This document shows, piece by piece, positions 12,100 through 24,998 of a DNA stretch of 64,000 nucleotides (its first letter is position 1; each line of letters starts with the position of its first letter). The stretch comes from Eledone cirrhosa (Eukaryota). Made by a program: the position numbers and the translations under genes. The notes beneath the pieces were generated by a model. It saw only the letters and a program-made list of their open reading frames with translations. It had not been told where the DNA came from and did not search any database. The stretch spans positions 7,254,001 through 7,318,000 of the forward strand of contig OZ024750.1 of the NCBI GenBank assembly GCA_964016885.1, read 5' to 3'.

Positions 12100-12822
12100 T
12101 AATAAAAAAAGTAGAATTTGTAATGTGGGAGATGCATAGGGGTTGTTAGTAGTAAGAGCCCCAGAGAAATAAGCTTTTTCTAATTCTTTTTTTCCAAGTG
12201 ATTGATAGATTTTGTTACCTAAGTAACCCAATTAACAGTAGAGGTAGTTACTAAGGAGGATCCCAAATAGCTAGAACAAGATCAAATTGGAAAAAGTTCA
12301 GGGAGTTACTATCTCTATTGACAACGAAAGGTTTCTCTATGAATGAAAGGCTGGCTGAATGATGTCTGTGTGTGAAGTGTGGTGTTGCATGGAGAAATAA
12401 AACATAGGCAGTAAATGCAGAGGATATATAAAAGCTGGGGAAAAATGAAGTGAGAAGGCTTCAATGGATGTGTGATGTTAATGTACAAGAATGGCAAAGC
12501 ATGGATGAGTTGAGAGAGAAACTGAGTATACGAGGAGTCAAATGTAAGTGTGCAACAGTGAAGACTCTACTGGTATGGCTATGTGAGGCACATAGAGGAT
12601 AACCGTTGATTGAAAACATGTCAGAGCTTTCAGTGGAAGGAAGCTGCAGTGGAGGAAGGCAAAGGAAAACCTTGGTAGAGGTGGTAAGTACAAATCTCAA
12701 AATGCCAAACCTCACAGAGGAGATGTCAAAAGAAAACACATGGTGGGAGGATGTGCTACAAAAGACTCGTCCAATCCATGAAAACACGGAAACCAGACAT
12801 AAAAAAAGATGGTGGTGATGAT
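12100..12822 (+). mobile_element. Old RTE-clade LINE 3' fragment
   Basis: Degenerate version of the same region (tggaaaaagttcagggagttact..; gtggaaggaagctgcagtggagg..). Confidence 0.7.
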
Positions 12823-12898
12823 AAGAATGATGATATTTGTTTTTGTATAATTTTATCTTTGTTCATATAATTCTAATCAAGATATCTTTGTGAAATAA

Positions 12899-13527
12899 TC
12901 TATATATCTAAAACAGAGAATATCTGTCTGTCTGTCTGACTCCCTAAAACTCGAGAACCACCCAACTGATTGTTTTCAAACTTTACACATGTAATACTTA
13001 TGGTCGTGTGAGTGTTTTGAGCAAAAAGAATTTCAAATTTTCAATTCGCTAGGGACTGCATTAGGCGATTTAGCGATCTCTTTCTATAATTCTTAGTCTT
13101 TCTTTTTAGATAGATACATAGCTACAACGTTGCGCCCTTATAATATCTGTCTGTATGTCTGGCTGTCTGCATTACGACATTATGACACTACCTGTGTGTG
13201 TATATGTATATATAGTGTGTATGTGTGTATATATATAGTGTGTAACGTTTTTCAAAATATTTACTTCTGCATTCACAGATTGATTTTTTTTAGTTTCAGA
13301 AGATCCCGTTAAGGGTGAAAGCAGCGATTCTTTGCTTAAACTTTAATCTGTTATTTTAATATATATATATATATATAATTATATATTCATGTTCAGATAT
13401 TTTTGCATACACAATAACAAAATATAAACAAATGTATTTATTTCACAAGGCTCGATAAGGATAAATATATATCAAATATATAAGAACCCTAGAGCAAACA
13501 CCGAGCAACGCCGGGCCATTCTGCTAG
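12899..13527 (+). mobile_element. Non-autonomous Helitron-like element
   Basis: 5' TC end (tctatatatctaaaa...ctgtctgtctgtctg), subterminal hairpin ccgagcaacgccgg, 3' CTAG end, inserted between A and T with no TSD. Confidence 0.8.
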
Positions 13528-13583
13528 TATATCATATTTTAGGCAAATTATTTTTGTTTCATTTAAAATATAGTCTTTATTTT

Positions 13584-13679
<96 letters not shown>

Positions 13680-13739
13680 CATAAAAACAAATAAAACAGA
13701 AAGAAAACTGTAGTTTAAGAGATTATCTGATATACAAAC

Positions 13740-13836
13740 CCGAATAAAAAAATATATCATAAAAAACACATTGAATGCTAAATCAACTTGTTGAGTTGTA
13801 CTACATGCCCAGGGCCTGCAGGACTCAACATCTTGT
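13740..13836 (-). CDS. KCNMA1: Slo1 exon, S1-S2 loop and S2 (QDVESCRPWACSTTQQVDLAFNVFFMIYFFIR), 97 nt
   Basis: Matches the Slo1 QQ(I/V)DLAFNVFF..YF.(I/L)R motif; tttcag acceptor, gtttgt donor; frame continuous. Confidence 0.95.
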
Positions 13837-13919
13837 CTGAAAAGAAAATAGAAAAAAAAAAATGTCATAGAAAGAAAATAAAATCAATATTGTGTATGAT
13901 TCATTATTATATTATCATA

Positions 13920-13973
<54 letters not shown>

Positions 13974-14128
13974 TATCAGCCGTACTAAGAGTGAGAAATG
14001 AAATTTCGTTTCATTCTTTTCCATTTATATATATATATATATATAAAACATATATATATATATATATATATATCAATAAAAGATCTGAGGCCATATTCAG
14101 TAAGTTTGTGTATATATATATATATATA

Positions 14129-14160
<32 letters not shown>

Positions 14161-14178
14161 CATATATATATGCATACA

Positions 14179-14210
<32 letters not shown>

Positions 14211-14323
14211 CATATATATATGCATACATACATATATATACATATACATATATATATATACATACACATATATACATATACATATAAATACAAATACACA
14301 TACATATACACATACATACATAT

Positions 14324-14387
<64 letters not shown>

Positions 14388-14920
14388 CGTTTCTGAATTT
14401 GTTTAGCAAGATTCTTTATCTGAAATCGTGTGTTGAAACCGATATTGTTATACTTTGGGAGGGTCATGTTGCCAATAAGAAACATGACATTGGCAACATG
14501 ACCCTCCCAAAGTATAACAATATATATATATATATATATATAATATATAAGATATATATATTTATATATAAAATAGATTTATATATAAATAGAAGTAATT
14601 TAAGGAAAGCAGCTTGGCATTGAAGGTATTAGCTAATGTATGTAGTTTAGATATTGTTTGTATCATTGAAAAGTCCTGGGATTTAACAGTGGTAGGTAGA
14701 ATATGTATCATTATAGCATTCATTTTATCAAAGAAAGAAGTATTGACAGATAACAGTGGAGGGAGTGTAGTGGCATTCATGATACAGATAAACTAATGAA
14801 AATTTGAAAAGCGGTTAGATTAAACGAGAAAGCATTAAGCTTCATGATGATGATGATGATGATGATGATGAGACGAGATGAGACAGGATTTAAATTTATG
14901 GAACAATACTGTATTACTTG

Positions 14921-15190
14921 TGAAGGCACATGGCTTAGTGGTTAGCACTTTGAGCTTGCAATCGAAGGGTTGTGAGTTCAATTCTCAGACCGGGTGATGT
15001 GTTGTGTCCTTGAGCAAGACACTTTATTTCACACTGCTCCAGTTTACTCAGCTGTAGAGTATAATGAGATGATAGGACTGGGGTCCCTATCATTAAATCA
15101 CCCAATACACCTCCAACGAGATATACCTTGGAGGAGGCCAGCTAAACCTGCATAGGTGTGAGCTGTCACACACTGAATTAGGGCTATAAC
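14921..15190 (+). mobile_element. SINE family B (head gaaggcgcatggcttagtggttag..gagttcaattctc; core tgtccttgagcaagacact)
   Basis: tRNA-like A/B boxes; the same head occurs at 32153 and 53430 and, reversed, at 23277, 24750, 34852, 51207 and 61513. Confidence 0.8.
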
Positions 15191-15467
15191 TAATAAATAT
15201 AGTTATTTATTTATTTAATTATTTTATGTTGCATTTTGTGAAGAATAATGTTATTGGTTATAATCTTCTAATGGACGACACTCTGTTTTATTGCTTTTAG
15301 AAGAGAGTCTGTGAAATGTGGGTAGAATAATCACTGTAAAGTTGGTTGGTGATAGGAAGGGTATCCAGCTGTAGAAAGCTTGCCAAACAAAGGGTTGGGA
15401 GGGTCTTCAGTTGTGTCAAGGACATGACACGACAACTTCTCAATTATTAGTGATGATGTTAACATCT

Positions 15468-15909
15468 AGATCACCTACATGTTGATAACCAGATCCCCTA
15501 CATGTTTATACCCAGATCACCTACATGTTTATACTCAGATCCCCTACATGTTTATACCCAGATCACCTACATGTTTATACCCAGATCACCTACATGTTTA
15601 TACTCAGATCCCCTACATGTTTATACCCAGATCACCTACATGTTTATACTCAGATCACCTACATGTTTATACTCAGATCACCTACATGTTGATAACCAGA
15701 TCCCCTACATGTTTATACCCAGATCCCCTACATGTTTATATCCAGATCACCTACATGTTTATACCTATATCACCTACATGTTAACACCCAGATGTTTATA
15801 CCAAGATCACCTACATGTTTATACCCAGATCACCTACATGTTTATACCCAGATCACCTACATGTTTATACCCAGATCACCTACATGTTTATACCTAGACC
15901 CCCTACATG
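15468..15909 (+). repeat. 23-bp minisatellite, about 19 units
   Basis: Unit tacatgtttatacccagatcacc. Confidence 0.92.
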
Positions 15910-15985
15910 CTAGAATAGAAAAATGGAAGTTAAAACTATGGCAATGAAGAGGATGATACAGATGATGAGGATGACGATGATGCCA

Positions 15986-16019
<34 letters not shown>

Positions 16020-16540
16020 CGATGATGAATGAAAATGAATGACCTACAAACAATCTGCTGAAGTAGGATTTATTTAAATACATAAAAAATAAAAAAAAAT
16101 AAAAGAAATTTCAATTTTTCTTCTACTCAGTTTCATTTCTGCTTATCTCCTAAATAATGGGTGGATGATGATGATGATGATGATGGCGATGGCAATGATG
16201 ATGATTACGATGATGATGATGATCATGATCATGATTACGATGATGATGATGAAAGACGTCATATTTTGAAACAGAATATGATTACTATAATCTTGTAATT
16301 GCTTGAATCAACTGTCAGGACTTTAGTAATAAGCCAATCATATTTGATATATTTTTAGGGGTTAAACACGTTCTTGTGTATGTAAGTATTATATATATAT
16401 ATTATGTGTATGTAAGTATTATATATATATATATATTAATTCAAAATATTAACAAAAATGGACATTCGTGTGATCAAGTATATTTTATTATACATAAGAT
16501 GATGTATGACATACGCTGAAGGGTATGTCATACATCTTCT

Positions 16541-16607
16541 TATTTTATCTGATGAGAACATACTGTTGAAGATAGCTCAGTACCTCTGAAATATGTATAA
16601 TAAAATA
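16541..16607 (+). ncRNA. Hammerhead ribozyme motif with the same stem I as the 29661 copy and partly decayed stem II/III
   Basis: tattttat CTGATGA gaacatactg..cagtacctct GAAA tatgta TA ataaaata. Confidence 0.7.
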
Positions 16608-16872
16608 TATTTGATCACACAAATGTCTATTTTTGTTAATATTTTGAATTAATATTAATAACTCCGGAAAACCATTTCTGTGGAGTGCTTCTAATCTATT
16701 GTAAAACTTTATTCTTTGATTTATTCATTTAACCTTGTTTAACCTTTAAATATATATATTTATTAAAATATTATTACTATATATATATATATATTATGTG
16801 TATGTATTATATATATATATATATATATTATATGTATGTATTATATATATATATATATATATTATATGTATG

Positions 16873-16945
<73 letters not shown>

Positions 16946-16990
16946 GTGTATGTATTATATATATATATATATATATATATTATGTGTATG

Positions 16991-17033
<43 letters not shown>

Positions 17034-17505
17034 GTGTATGTATTATATATATATATATATTGTATGTATGTATTTATATTTACTGTATGTATTATCATCA
17101 TCATCATCATCATCATCATTTAACGTCCATCTTCCACGCTATATATATATATATTATGTGTATGTATGTATTTATATTTATTGTATGTATGTATTATATA
17201 TATATATATATATACATTATGTGTATGTATGTATTTATATTTACTGTATGTATGTACGCGTGCATTTATAAGACATCATTAAAAATAGAAATATAGAGAT
17301 TAAGTTCTTACGTAATGTCATTAACACAGAAACCCAATTCTCCCCCCGCCTCCTTCCTCTCCCCTCCCCTCCCCCCCATTACATATATACATATATATAC
17401 ATACTCACACACACACATATATATATACATACATATATATATATGCATACATGTGTGTGTGTATGTGTATATATATATATGTATGTATATAAGTTATAAT
17501 ATAGA

Positions 17506-17560
17506 TGAGATTCTACAGGACTAGAACTGTTTCATTCTTTAGAAATTATCAGGAATCTCA
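17506..17560 (-). ncRNA. Hammerhead motif (family H1), core CTGATAA with a C3/A8 mismatch, probably inactive
   Basis: tgagattc CTGATAA tttctaaagaat GAAACAG ttctagtc CTGTA gaatctca: 8-bp stem I, 4-bp stem III. Confidence 0.65.
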
Positions 17561-18147
17561 CATACACACACACACATATATATATATATATGTATATATT
17601 GAAAAGATGCTATTAACGATATAATTTCTTTTGGAATGGAAAACAAAGTGTTCAAATCATGAATTCTAATATTGGACAAAAGTCTCATTATTACCTGAAA
17701 ATATATTAGATTTCAACAGGTAAATATTTAGCTTTTACTTTTAATTTCTAATTTTCATTGAACTTCTCATAATTTTTGATTATTTTGAAAATTAAAACAC
17801 AACAAAGCAGAATGTATTCTTGTTAAAAATCATCATCATTGTCTTTACTGCCATTTTTTAATTCTTCCATGGACTAAAAGATATCTTTTGTTGCAGATTT
17901 TCTAAGGTTAGATTCCGTTCTTGATGCCAGCTCATACTACATTCCAAGTGTGACTGATATTTGTCAAACTGCTATACTGCAGGATGTAATGTTTATGAAG
18001 GACATTTGTCAACACAGGTTATATAAAAGGTCACAGAAATCGATAATAAAGGTCCTTCAGTTTTGGCAACATCCCAAACATTTGTGTTTTATTATCTCTG
18101 TCTCTTTTATGATTTCAGCTGTGATTCACTGCTTCACTAAATTAACT

Positions 18148-18356
18148 TAACCCTTTAGTTACCAACCCAGCTCTGATTCTATGAAATAAAAGCACCCATT
18201 TCCAATTTAAATTAAAATCTTCCAACATAATTTTATATAAGAACATTAAGTTACTCTCTTACTAATAAAATAATTAATAATTTTAGTTAATCCCTCGAAA
18301 TTCTTCCTGAATTAAAACAGAGTATTTCATTAGAAATGTGATCATGAAAGGGTTAA
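18148..18356. mobile_element. Second TTAA-flanked MITE family (degenerate)
   Basis: ttaaccctttagttacc ... gatcatgaaagggttaa; related segments near 18590-18802 and 19962. Confidence 0.5.
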
Positions 18357-19377
18357 CCTGATTTTTGTTATTTTCTCTTGCATTGATTATACATTTCTGT
18401 GTATTATATTTATAATATTCTTAACAATAAATAATTATATATATTATTTGTGTTTATATTTTCCTTCTGTAAGAATTATAAACAATTTGTAACATTATTT
18501 ATAGGAGTGTCAATAAATATGTTTAATACCAAAAGCTTCAAGTTTCATGTTACAAAATTTCTCGTTTTAAAGCATACATACTTGAATTTAAATTTTCTGT
18601 TATCTATTTTATGTATTAAACTTTTGTTAATTTATGTTCCAAAAACCAGCTTAAATCTTTTATTAATCTGTTCCAACTATCAGTTTGAATATGAAAAAAA
18701 AATGATTTATTTGCATTAAATCCATTCAATAGAAATTCTCGATTATTTTCAAAAATTGATTGAAGTAGGATATTTAATAGAAATGTCCATGGAAGAGTTA
18801 ATACTATAACGGTTATGTCTTTCTTCCATATTCTTACATCATATCGTACTCTCTATAACTTCCTTCTAAATGCTCTTACTCAATACTACCTCCATAAAAG
18901 TGTATCTCAAAATCTTCTGCATGTTGTTGTTCATCATCATCATCATCATCATCAATGTCATCATCATCGTCATCATCGTCGTCCTTTATGTTTCTACTGC
19001 CACCACTATCATCATCATCATTATTATTAACATCATCATCATCATCACCATCATTATCATTATCTATATAATTATACCACCACCACCATCAGCCTCACCA
19101 TAAACACCACCATCATCATCATCATCACCGTCATTATCACCATCACCATCATTCAGAAACCTAATGTAATTTTAACTGATTCTCCTCTATGTTAGCCCCG
19201 TCCAGTTGAGGAAGATCCCTACAGATGTTAGTCATCTGTTTCAATACCATCCTGATTTCTTTTAAATCGAGAAGGAAGCTGAATATAATAAATACTAATC
19301 CACTTTCTGACTGCATCCTATTACTTACATGTAGTCATGCAAATATCACTGTAATGGTGGTGAGAAAGGGAGAAGGG

Positions 19378-19510
<133 letters not shown>

Positions 19511-19803
19511 GTGTGTGTGTGTGTGAGTGTATGAGATAGAGTGAGCAAGAGAGAGAGAGAGAGGGGTTTAAGAGAGACTGTGTGTATGAGATAGAGAGAG
19601 TGAGTGAGTGTGAGTGTGTATGAGATAGAGTGAGCAAGAGCGAGAGAGAGAGTGTGTGGATGAGATGCAGAGAGAGCATGTGTCTGTGTGTGTGAGTGCA
19701 TGTTTGAGCGAGAGAATGAGTGTGTGTGTGTGTGTGAGAGAGTGAGAGAGTGTGTGAGAGAGAGAGATATTAGATGTAATACATATCTTATAGTTTAACT
19801 TAC

Positions 19804-19868
19804 CCATCTGATGCATCTATAAAATAGATGATTAATGATGCAATACTCAGCAGGAACACCAGACCAAC
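19804..19868 (-). CDS. KCNMA1: Slo1/BK channel exon encoding S1 (VGLVFLLSIASLIIYFIDASD+GG), 65 nt
   Basis: Manual translation matches Slo1 S1; ttacag acceptor and gtaagt donor; its phase-2 end joins the next exon in frame (GG+A = Gly). Confidence 0.95.
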
Positions 19869-20396
19869 CTGTAATAGAGAAAGTAAAAGAAACAGTAATT
19901 TACAGAAATATGCCATTGTTATTCAGTTATAGAATGAAGGACTAGAAATTAATTTGAAATTTAACCCTTTTAATACCAAACTTCCTTAAACCACACCTAG
20001 TTCTGTGATACAAAACTATTTATTTGGAAGTGTTTATAATTATCTAAAGTAGGCAGCAAATTGGCAGTCATTAGAATGTTGGATAGAATGCTTCGCAGTA
20101 TTTGTTTCGGCTTTCTGAGATCAAATCCCACTGAAGTTAACTTTGCCGTTCATCCTTTTGAATCGATAAAAAAAGTACCAGTTAAGAAAGGTCCGCCAAA
20201 GCTTTTGTTTGGCAAGTTTTCTATGGCTTGATGTCCTTCCTAACACCTGCCCTTCCTAGTTATGTTTCTATAAATCTAGGTTGACTTTAACTTTTATCTT
20301 TCTGTCTAGGGTTGGTAAAATAGCAAATAGCAGTCATATTGGAATTGATTTAATTAACTATCACCCTTCTCTAAAATTTGTGGCATTGCATCTAAT

Positions 20397-20624
20397 TTAA
20401 TTCTTTAGCATTTAAACTGGCCACATCTGGCCAGAGTTCTCTCACCTCTTTCTGCTTAAACCGGCCAAAACCGGCCACTAATACTGGTGTTAAGGTATTG
20501 TTCTCAAAATAAATAAGATCAAAATCTTGTGGATTCAATATTATGTGGGATATTATGTAAAGTAAAGCCTTTACCGTGAAAATACAATAGTAAATATAGA
20601 GTAATGTAAATGCTAAAGAGTTAA
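20397..20624 (+). mobile_element. piggyBac-like MITE, same family
   Basis: ttaattctttagcattta ... taaatgctaaagagttaa. Confidence 0.75.
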
Positions 20625-20994
20625 TACTCATATTTTTTATAGTAACATTTTATAATTATTTGTCACAAAAAAATATGCTGATTGCTTCTTCAAATGTATG
20701 GAATGCTGTAACAGATATTTTGCAAGATGGTTTCTTTTTCCTAATATCAACCAATTACCAATTTGATAGAATTATTATATATAGTAATGAGTTAATAGAA
20801 TCATAGCTGTTGTTTAAGGAAATGATGCCTTATATAAAGTTTTTTAAGTTTCAAGACCTGATCCACAAACTTGATGTCTCTGTAGTTTCCTCTCTCTACT
20901 TTTCTGGCTTTATCTACCCTATCATACCCTAATCACATCAATTTTCCTCTACTGTATAATTATTATCCAACTCCTCTTCTCTACTGTCATATAT

Positions 20995-21320
20995 CATCAT
21001 CTTCACCCACTTATTCCAGAGAGAGTTGTGAAGGCAGATCCTCAAACACTCCTTCCAGCGGGTTCTGTCAGAAGCAACCATCCCCAACTGATCCAGCTGA
21101 ATCCCCAAGCGAGACCAGTCCAACTCATGGTTGTTATCCAACCATCTTGCTCAGGGTCTACCCCTGGGTCTCCTGCCTGTTGGTTTTGCCCATAAAATCT
21201 GTCCAGCAATTCTTTCCTGAGACATTCTAATCACATGCCCATAACATCAGAGCTGTGATCACTCAATTCGGAGAAGTAGCAGCTCTACCTGGAGTGACGC
21301 TCTGTCATACATGTTAAGTA
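20995..21320 (-). mobile_element. RTE-derived element; single-copy relative of the 65-bp satellite
   Basis: Contains cgaattgagtgatcacagctctgatgttatgggcatgtgattagaatgtctcaggaaagaattg, followed by sequence shared with 47255-47470 and 39620-39830. Confidence 0.75.
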
Positions 21321-22169
21321 GAATTTGTTGCCAGCTGAAGAGTCTTTCATGTTCTCTAGATTGGCTGTTATTTAGCCCTTCTCTGTGGCGGCAGGTAAAT
21401 TCTTCTCCTGGGGAAGGTTTTCACATTTATTACCATTTGTCTACTCTATTTCCTGTTGAGGATGAACTCAATTTAGTTTGTATGTTCCCCTGATTGGTAG
21501 GAAATCACGTGGCTGGCTGGTTTCCTGAAGTTTCTGTTGCAAGAAACTAAACTAATGTTATGTTTATATTTCATTTCATTTTTATTATTTCTGATACATC
21601 TGTGGAAATCAGTTCTGATTACCAAATACATCTAGATCACTTCACTTTGGCTGTTAATGTCAGTGAGAGAGGCATAAATGTCACAGAACTTCATTTTCAC
21701 TTTCCTATAAAGAAATTATTATTACTACTTTCATAGATGTTGCTGACAGTTTTAAGTTATATACATATACGTAGTTCAACTAATTAAATTGCCACCATTA
21801 GGGAATCTCTGAATATGCAAGTCAAATCAATATTTACATTGATCCATCATATTTTTGTTTGATCCTGTTTTAAAATAATCTTTCCATGTTTTAGTATATA
21901 TAATATATATAACAAACTTGTGAATTAAACTACAATAGAACTGACTGAAGCATTTAATATTCTCAGTTAAGTAGCCTTTAATCTTGTGTTTGCTTGAACA
22001 GAAATCCTATGACAGAGAAGAACAAAGAATTACAAGCAGTTCAATATATATCATTGAAACATTAAGGTTTATTCATCAACTCTAGTCGATATTGATCATC
22101 TTAAGATGGCATAGATGTTTGAAATCTATGTTGTAAATGAACATTATAAATTTAGTTCTATCAAACATC

Positions 22170-22850
22170 ATTCTTTTGCATTTGCTTTTCCTTGTTTGCA
22201 TGGGTTGGATGGATCTTTTCCAGCATAACCTCAATCTACTTGTGTTCCTCTATCATCTCCTCTGAGTTTCAGTGTTTTGAGATCCACTCACACCACTTTG
22301 GTCATCCTCCACTGCAACTTCCTTCCACTGTGATCTTTTCACACTTCTTCACCCAAAGGTCATCCACCTTGTGCATCACATGTCCATACCAATGCAGTCT
22401 CCTCTCTTGCACACTAATTCCTCTCATACTCAGCTTTTATCTCAGCTCATTCATGCTTTGCTGCTAATGTACATTAACATCACAAATCTATTGAAGCGTG
22501 CCTGCTCCATTCTCTCCAGCCTTCCCAGACACTCTAAATTCACTGACCATATCACATTACCACGCAACATTGCATTTCACATGCTGGCCTTTTGTTTGTA
22601 GAGAGAAACTTTTTATTGTCAACAAAGGTAATAGCTTCCTGATCTTTTTCCACCTTGTGCTCATTCTACTTACTCTGTTTCCAGAGCTACCACCCCCACT
22701 GCTAATTACCTAGGTAACAGAAGTCTTCCTGGAATTAGATAAAGTTTATTTCACTGGGGCTCTTACTAATAACTACTCCTGTGCATCTCCCATAAACAAA
22801 GTCTACCTTTTCTGTTAGTTTGCCTACAACCCCACTACACATCTTGTGTA
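22170..22850 (-). mobile_element. Old RTE-clade LINE 3' fragment
   Basis: Reverse-complement similarity to 12100-12820. Confidence 0.7.
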
Positions 22851-22873
22851 CACATGTTTAACTTTGTATGCAT

Positions 22874-22928
<55 letters not shown>

Positions 22929-22946
<18 letters not shown>

Positions 22947-23277
22947 TTCATTTTACGTCTACTTTTCCCTGCTTGCAAAGGTGGGAGGGACGGGAACTGA
23001 TTCTGGCTTGATTTCTACAGCTGGATGCCCTTCCTAACACCAACCTCATTTACAGTGAGTGCTGGGTGCTATTTTGCTGTGGCACCTCCACGACCACTTT
23101 GCAGTGGAATGATATGGACCCCAGTCCCTATCATCTCATTTTTACAGCTGAGTAAACTGGAGCAATGTGAAATAAAGTGTCTTGCTCAAGGAAACAACAC
23201 ATCACCCGGTCTGAGAATTGATCTCACAACCTTTCGATTGCAAGGCCAATGCTCTAACCATTAAGCCATGTGCCTCC
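22929..23277 (-). mobile_element. Composite SINE B with RTE-type 3' tail and (GAT)n end
   Basis: Near-identical to 50878-51207. Confidence 0.8.
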
Positions 23278-23354
23278 ATGTATAGTAATAATAATAAATG
23301 TGAAAACTAAAATCCGAAGAGGGCTCGATAAGGATAATATATATATATATCTAT

Positions 23355-23615
23355 CTAAGGCGGGTAAAATTCCCGAGATCCATGGACGAGTTCTCTCCAG
23401 CGGTCTCTGTCCCTCATTATTGCTGCCATGTCCTGCGTCTCCAACAGACCAGTGTCTGTCCTTAGGGCATCAACATACGTTAACCTTGGTCTTCCTCTTC
23501 TAGTGTGTCCATGTAGGGGCTCCCAAAGGAGCACTGAGTGCAATGTCAACTCTGGATGTCGGTGAGCATGTCCAGCTAACCTCAGTCTCCTCTGTGTCAC
23601 TTTTGAGCTGACTTT
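23355..23615 (-). mobile_element. RTE-like LINE 3' fragment
   Basis: QRRLRLAGHAHRHPE..LLWEP.HG..RRGRPRLTYVD.L..D. Confidence 0.75.
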
Positions 23616-23709
23616 TGAAACCGTAGAGCAAATATTTATTAGAAAGGGTGAAAGCAGCGATTCTATGCTTAAACTTTAATCTGTTATTTTAATAAATATT
23701 TGTATATAT

Positions 23710-23880
23710 ATATTTAATATAGAAATGACTTCTACAGGACTAGAACTGTTTGATGATTTCCTCTGAATGAAACAGTTCTAGTCCTGTAGAAGCCATTTCT
23801 ATATTAAATATTTATAATCTGCTATGTATTGAGTACCTCACTTACTGTGGTTACCCCTGATTGAACCCAGGATAAACATA
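23710..23880 (+). mobile_element. Family H1 mini-element: inverted arm, hammerhead core (23750-23794) and tail, in a (TA)n tract
   Basis: About 40-bp inverted arms (23710-23750 / 23771-23811) around TTGATGA..GAAACAG..CTGTA; tail gagtacctcacttactgtggttaccc shared with 3876-3910 and, reversed, 29910-29955. Confidence 0.65.
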
Positions 23881-24434
23881 TATATATATATATATATATA
23901 TTAGAAAGTGAGGTTTTTTAGAAAATGAAGAAAAACAGAGGTGTCCTACACGAGTGAAAGTATAAGGAAAAAAGATGAAATCGAAAATGCAACTGGAGTC
24001 TTTTTAAAAAAAAATACATATTTATTTGGTTCCTGTACTGGTTTCGCAGTTCTTATGCTTTTCAAAAGTAGAATTAAGATGGAGGGTTTGTGGTTTTTCT
24101 CACATCTGGTTGGTGTTTGAATGTTGCTTCTGTTTTATATGGAAAAAAGTGGCTTGAAATGCTAAGTTTTTAGAGAAGTAATTTGGTTGGTTGGTGAATA
24201 AGTATAATAAATTTCGCGCCAGTTTGCGTTACAAAGTTCTTATATTTGCCTTCAAAAAAAGAGGGGTGGTGGTGGTGGTGGTGGTGGTGGTGGTGTGTGT
24301 GTGTGTGTGTGGGGGGGGGGTCTCAGGTTGTTTTTTCATATATGAGTGAAGTTTGGTTGATGCAATCACGTGAATAAGCACATCAGCTTTCGCACCAGTT
24401 TGTGTTTGAATTTCTTTTTACTTATATATATATA

Positions 24435-24998
24435 TTGTTTCTACTTTAGGCACAAGGCCAGCAATTACCCAGTACATTACTGGCACTTTATTTTATCGAC
24501 CCCGTAAGGATGAAAGGCAAAGTTAACCTCGGCGGGATTTGAACTCAGATCAAATTGGACCGAGGAAACAACGTTTCCGTTGGTCTTTCCAATTCCTAAT
24601 ACTCTCTATCGGTCACAACTCCAGGTAGAAGGAGCAACATGAAATAAAGTGTCTTGCTCAAGGACATAACGCATCGCCCGGTCCAGGATTCGAACTCACA
24701 ACCTCACGATTGCGAGTCCAATTCACTTACCACTCAACCACACACCTTCACAATATATATATATATAATCATCATATATATATATATAATGGTTTCTTAT
24801 ATAGGTACAGGGCCAGAAATTTTGGGGGAGGGGAAAGTTGATTAAATCAGCCCCAGTGTGTGACTGGTACTTTATTTTATCGACCCTATAAGGATGAAAG
24901 GCAAAGTTAACCTTTGCGGAATTTGAACTCAGATCATAAAGGGTCGTAACTCCATGCTGCAAAGCATGGTGTCTGACGCTCTACCGATACTGCCAATC
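24435..24998 (-). mobile_element. SINE cluster: SINE A (24790-24998), SINE B variant (24549-24750), SINE A 3' half (24435-24550)
   Basis: Similarity to other copies in the window. Confidence 0.75.

Noticed and set aside
14921-14995. tRNA gene
   Set aside because: tRNA-like A/B boxes run directly into a repeated SINE body and there is no complete cloverleaf.
13985-17296. Long YI/CV-rich ORFs, and similar ones at 26711-27283, 36845-37403 and 56022-58126
   Set aside because: Translations of TA/CA microsatellites and minisatellites.
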